A DNA stretch of 64,000 nucleotides, taken from positions 6,655-70,654 of the IMG/VR virus record IMGVR_UViG_638276462_000001; one strand, 5' to 3'. A program made the translations under genes and the position numbers. The notes under the pieces are model-generated. The model had not been told where the DNA came from. It worked only from the letters and a program-made list of their open reading frames with translations, and searched no databases. Below are positions 63,968-64,000 of the stretch, in pieces (within the stretch, counting starts at the first letter, position 1; each line of letters starts with the position of its first letter). Source of the stretch: a virus. Its lineage: Duplodnaviria; Caudoviricetes.

Positions 63968-64000
63968 CTCCTCCGGTAGTCCCTCCGATATGCTCCGGCC

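Noticed and set aside
1-64000. Integrase, reverse transcriptase/DGR, or DNA-modification cluster
   Set aside because: No recognisable motifs in this window; sequence outside the window is unseen

Overview
About 64 kb of a GC-rich lytic siphovirus genome. Its gene order matches Cluster B-type mycobacteriophages; this is recognised from synteny and protein motifs, not from a database search. The + strand to ~31.3 kb holds the virion operon: portal C-terminus, MuF-protease fusion, two capsid genes, membrane/holin genes, tail tube, connectors, chaperone, tape measure and minor tail proteins. Lysin A/B follow at 33.1-36.1 kb. A leftward replication arm (exonuclease, SF2 helicase, primase-helicase, DUF6378, Pol I) comes next, then a rightward island at 49.9-55.0 kb and a leftward array of small accessory genes. 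No integrase, CRISPR array or canonical tRNA was seen. The main unexplained signals are: (1) two tRNA-like cloverleaves with an identical 17-nt T-arm but no usable anticodon (12.2 kb +, 60.2 kb -); (2) a second, displaced copy of the tail assembly chaperone at 29.1 kb with a likely -1 frameshift and a 12-bp stimulatory hairpin; (3) a family of ~60-bp promoter-operator-RNA-hairpin cassettes whose 7-bp operator centre is inverted in some copies; (4) an 85-aa truncated paralog of the major capsid protein; (5) a probable ~150-nt structured ncRNA with its own promoter; (6) many leaderless genes and in-frame internal starts. Alignments and folds were done by hand.
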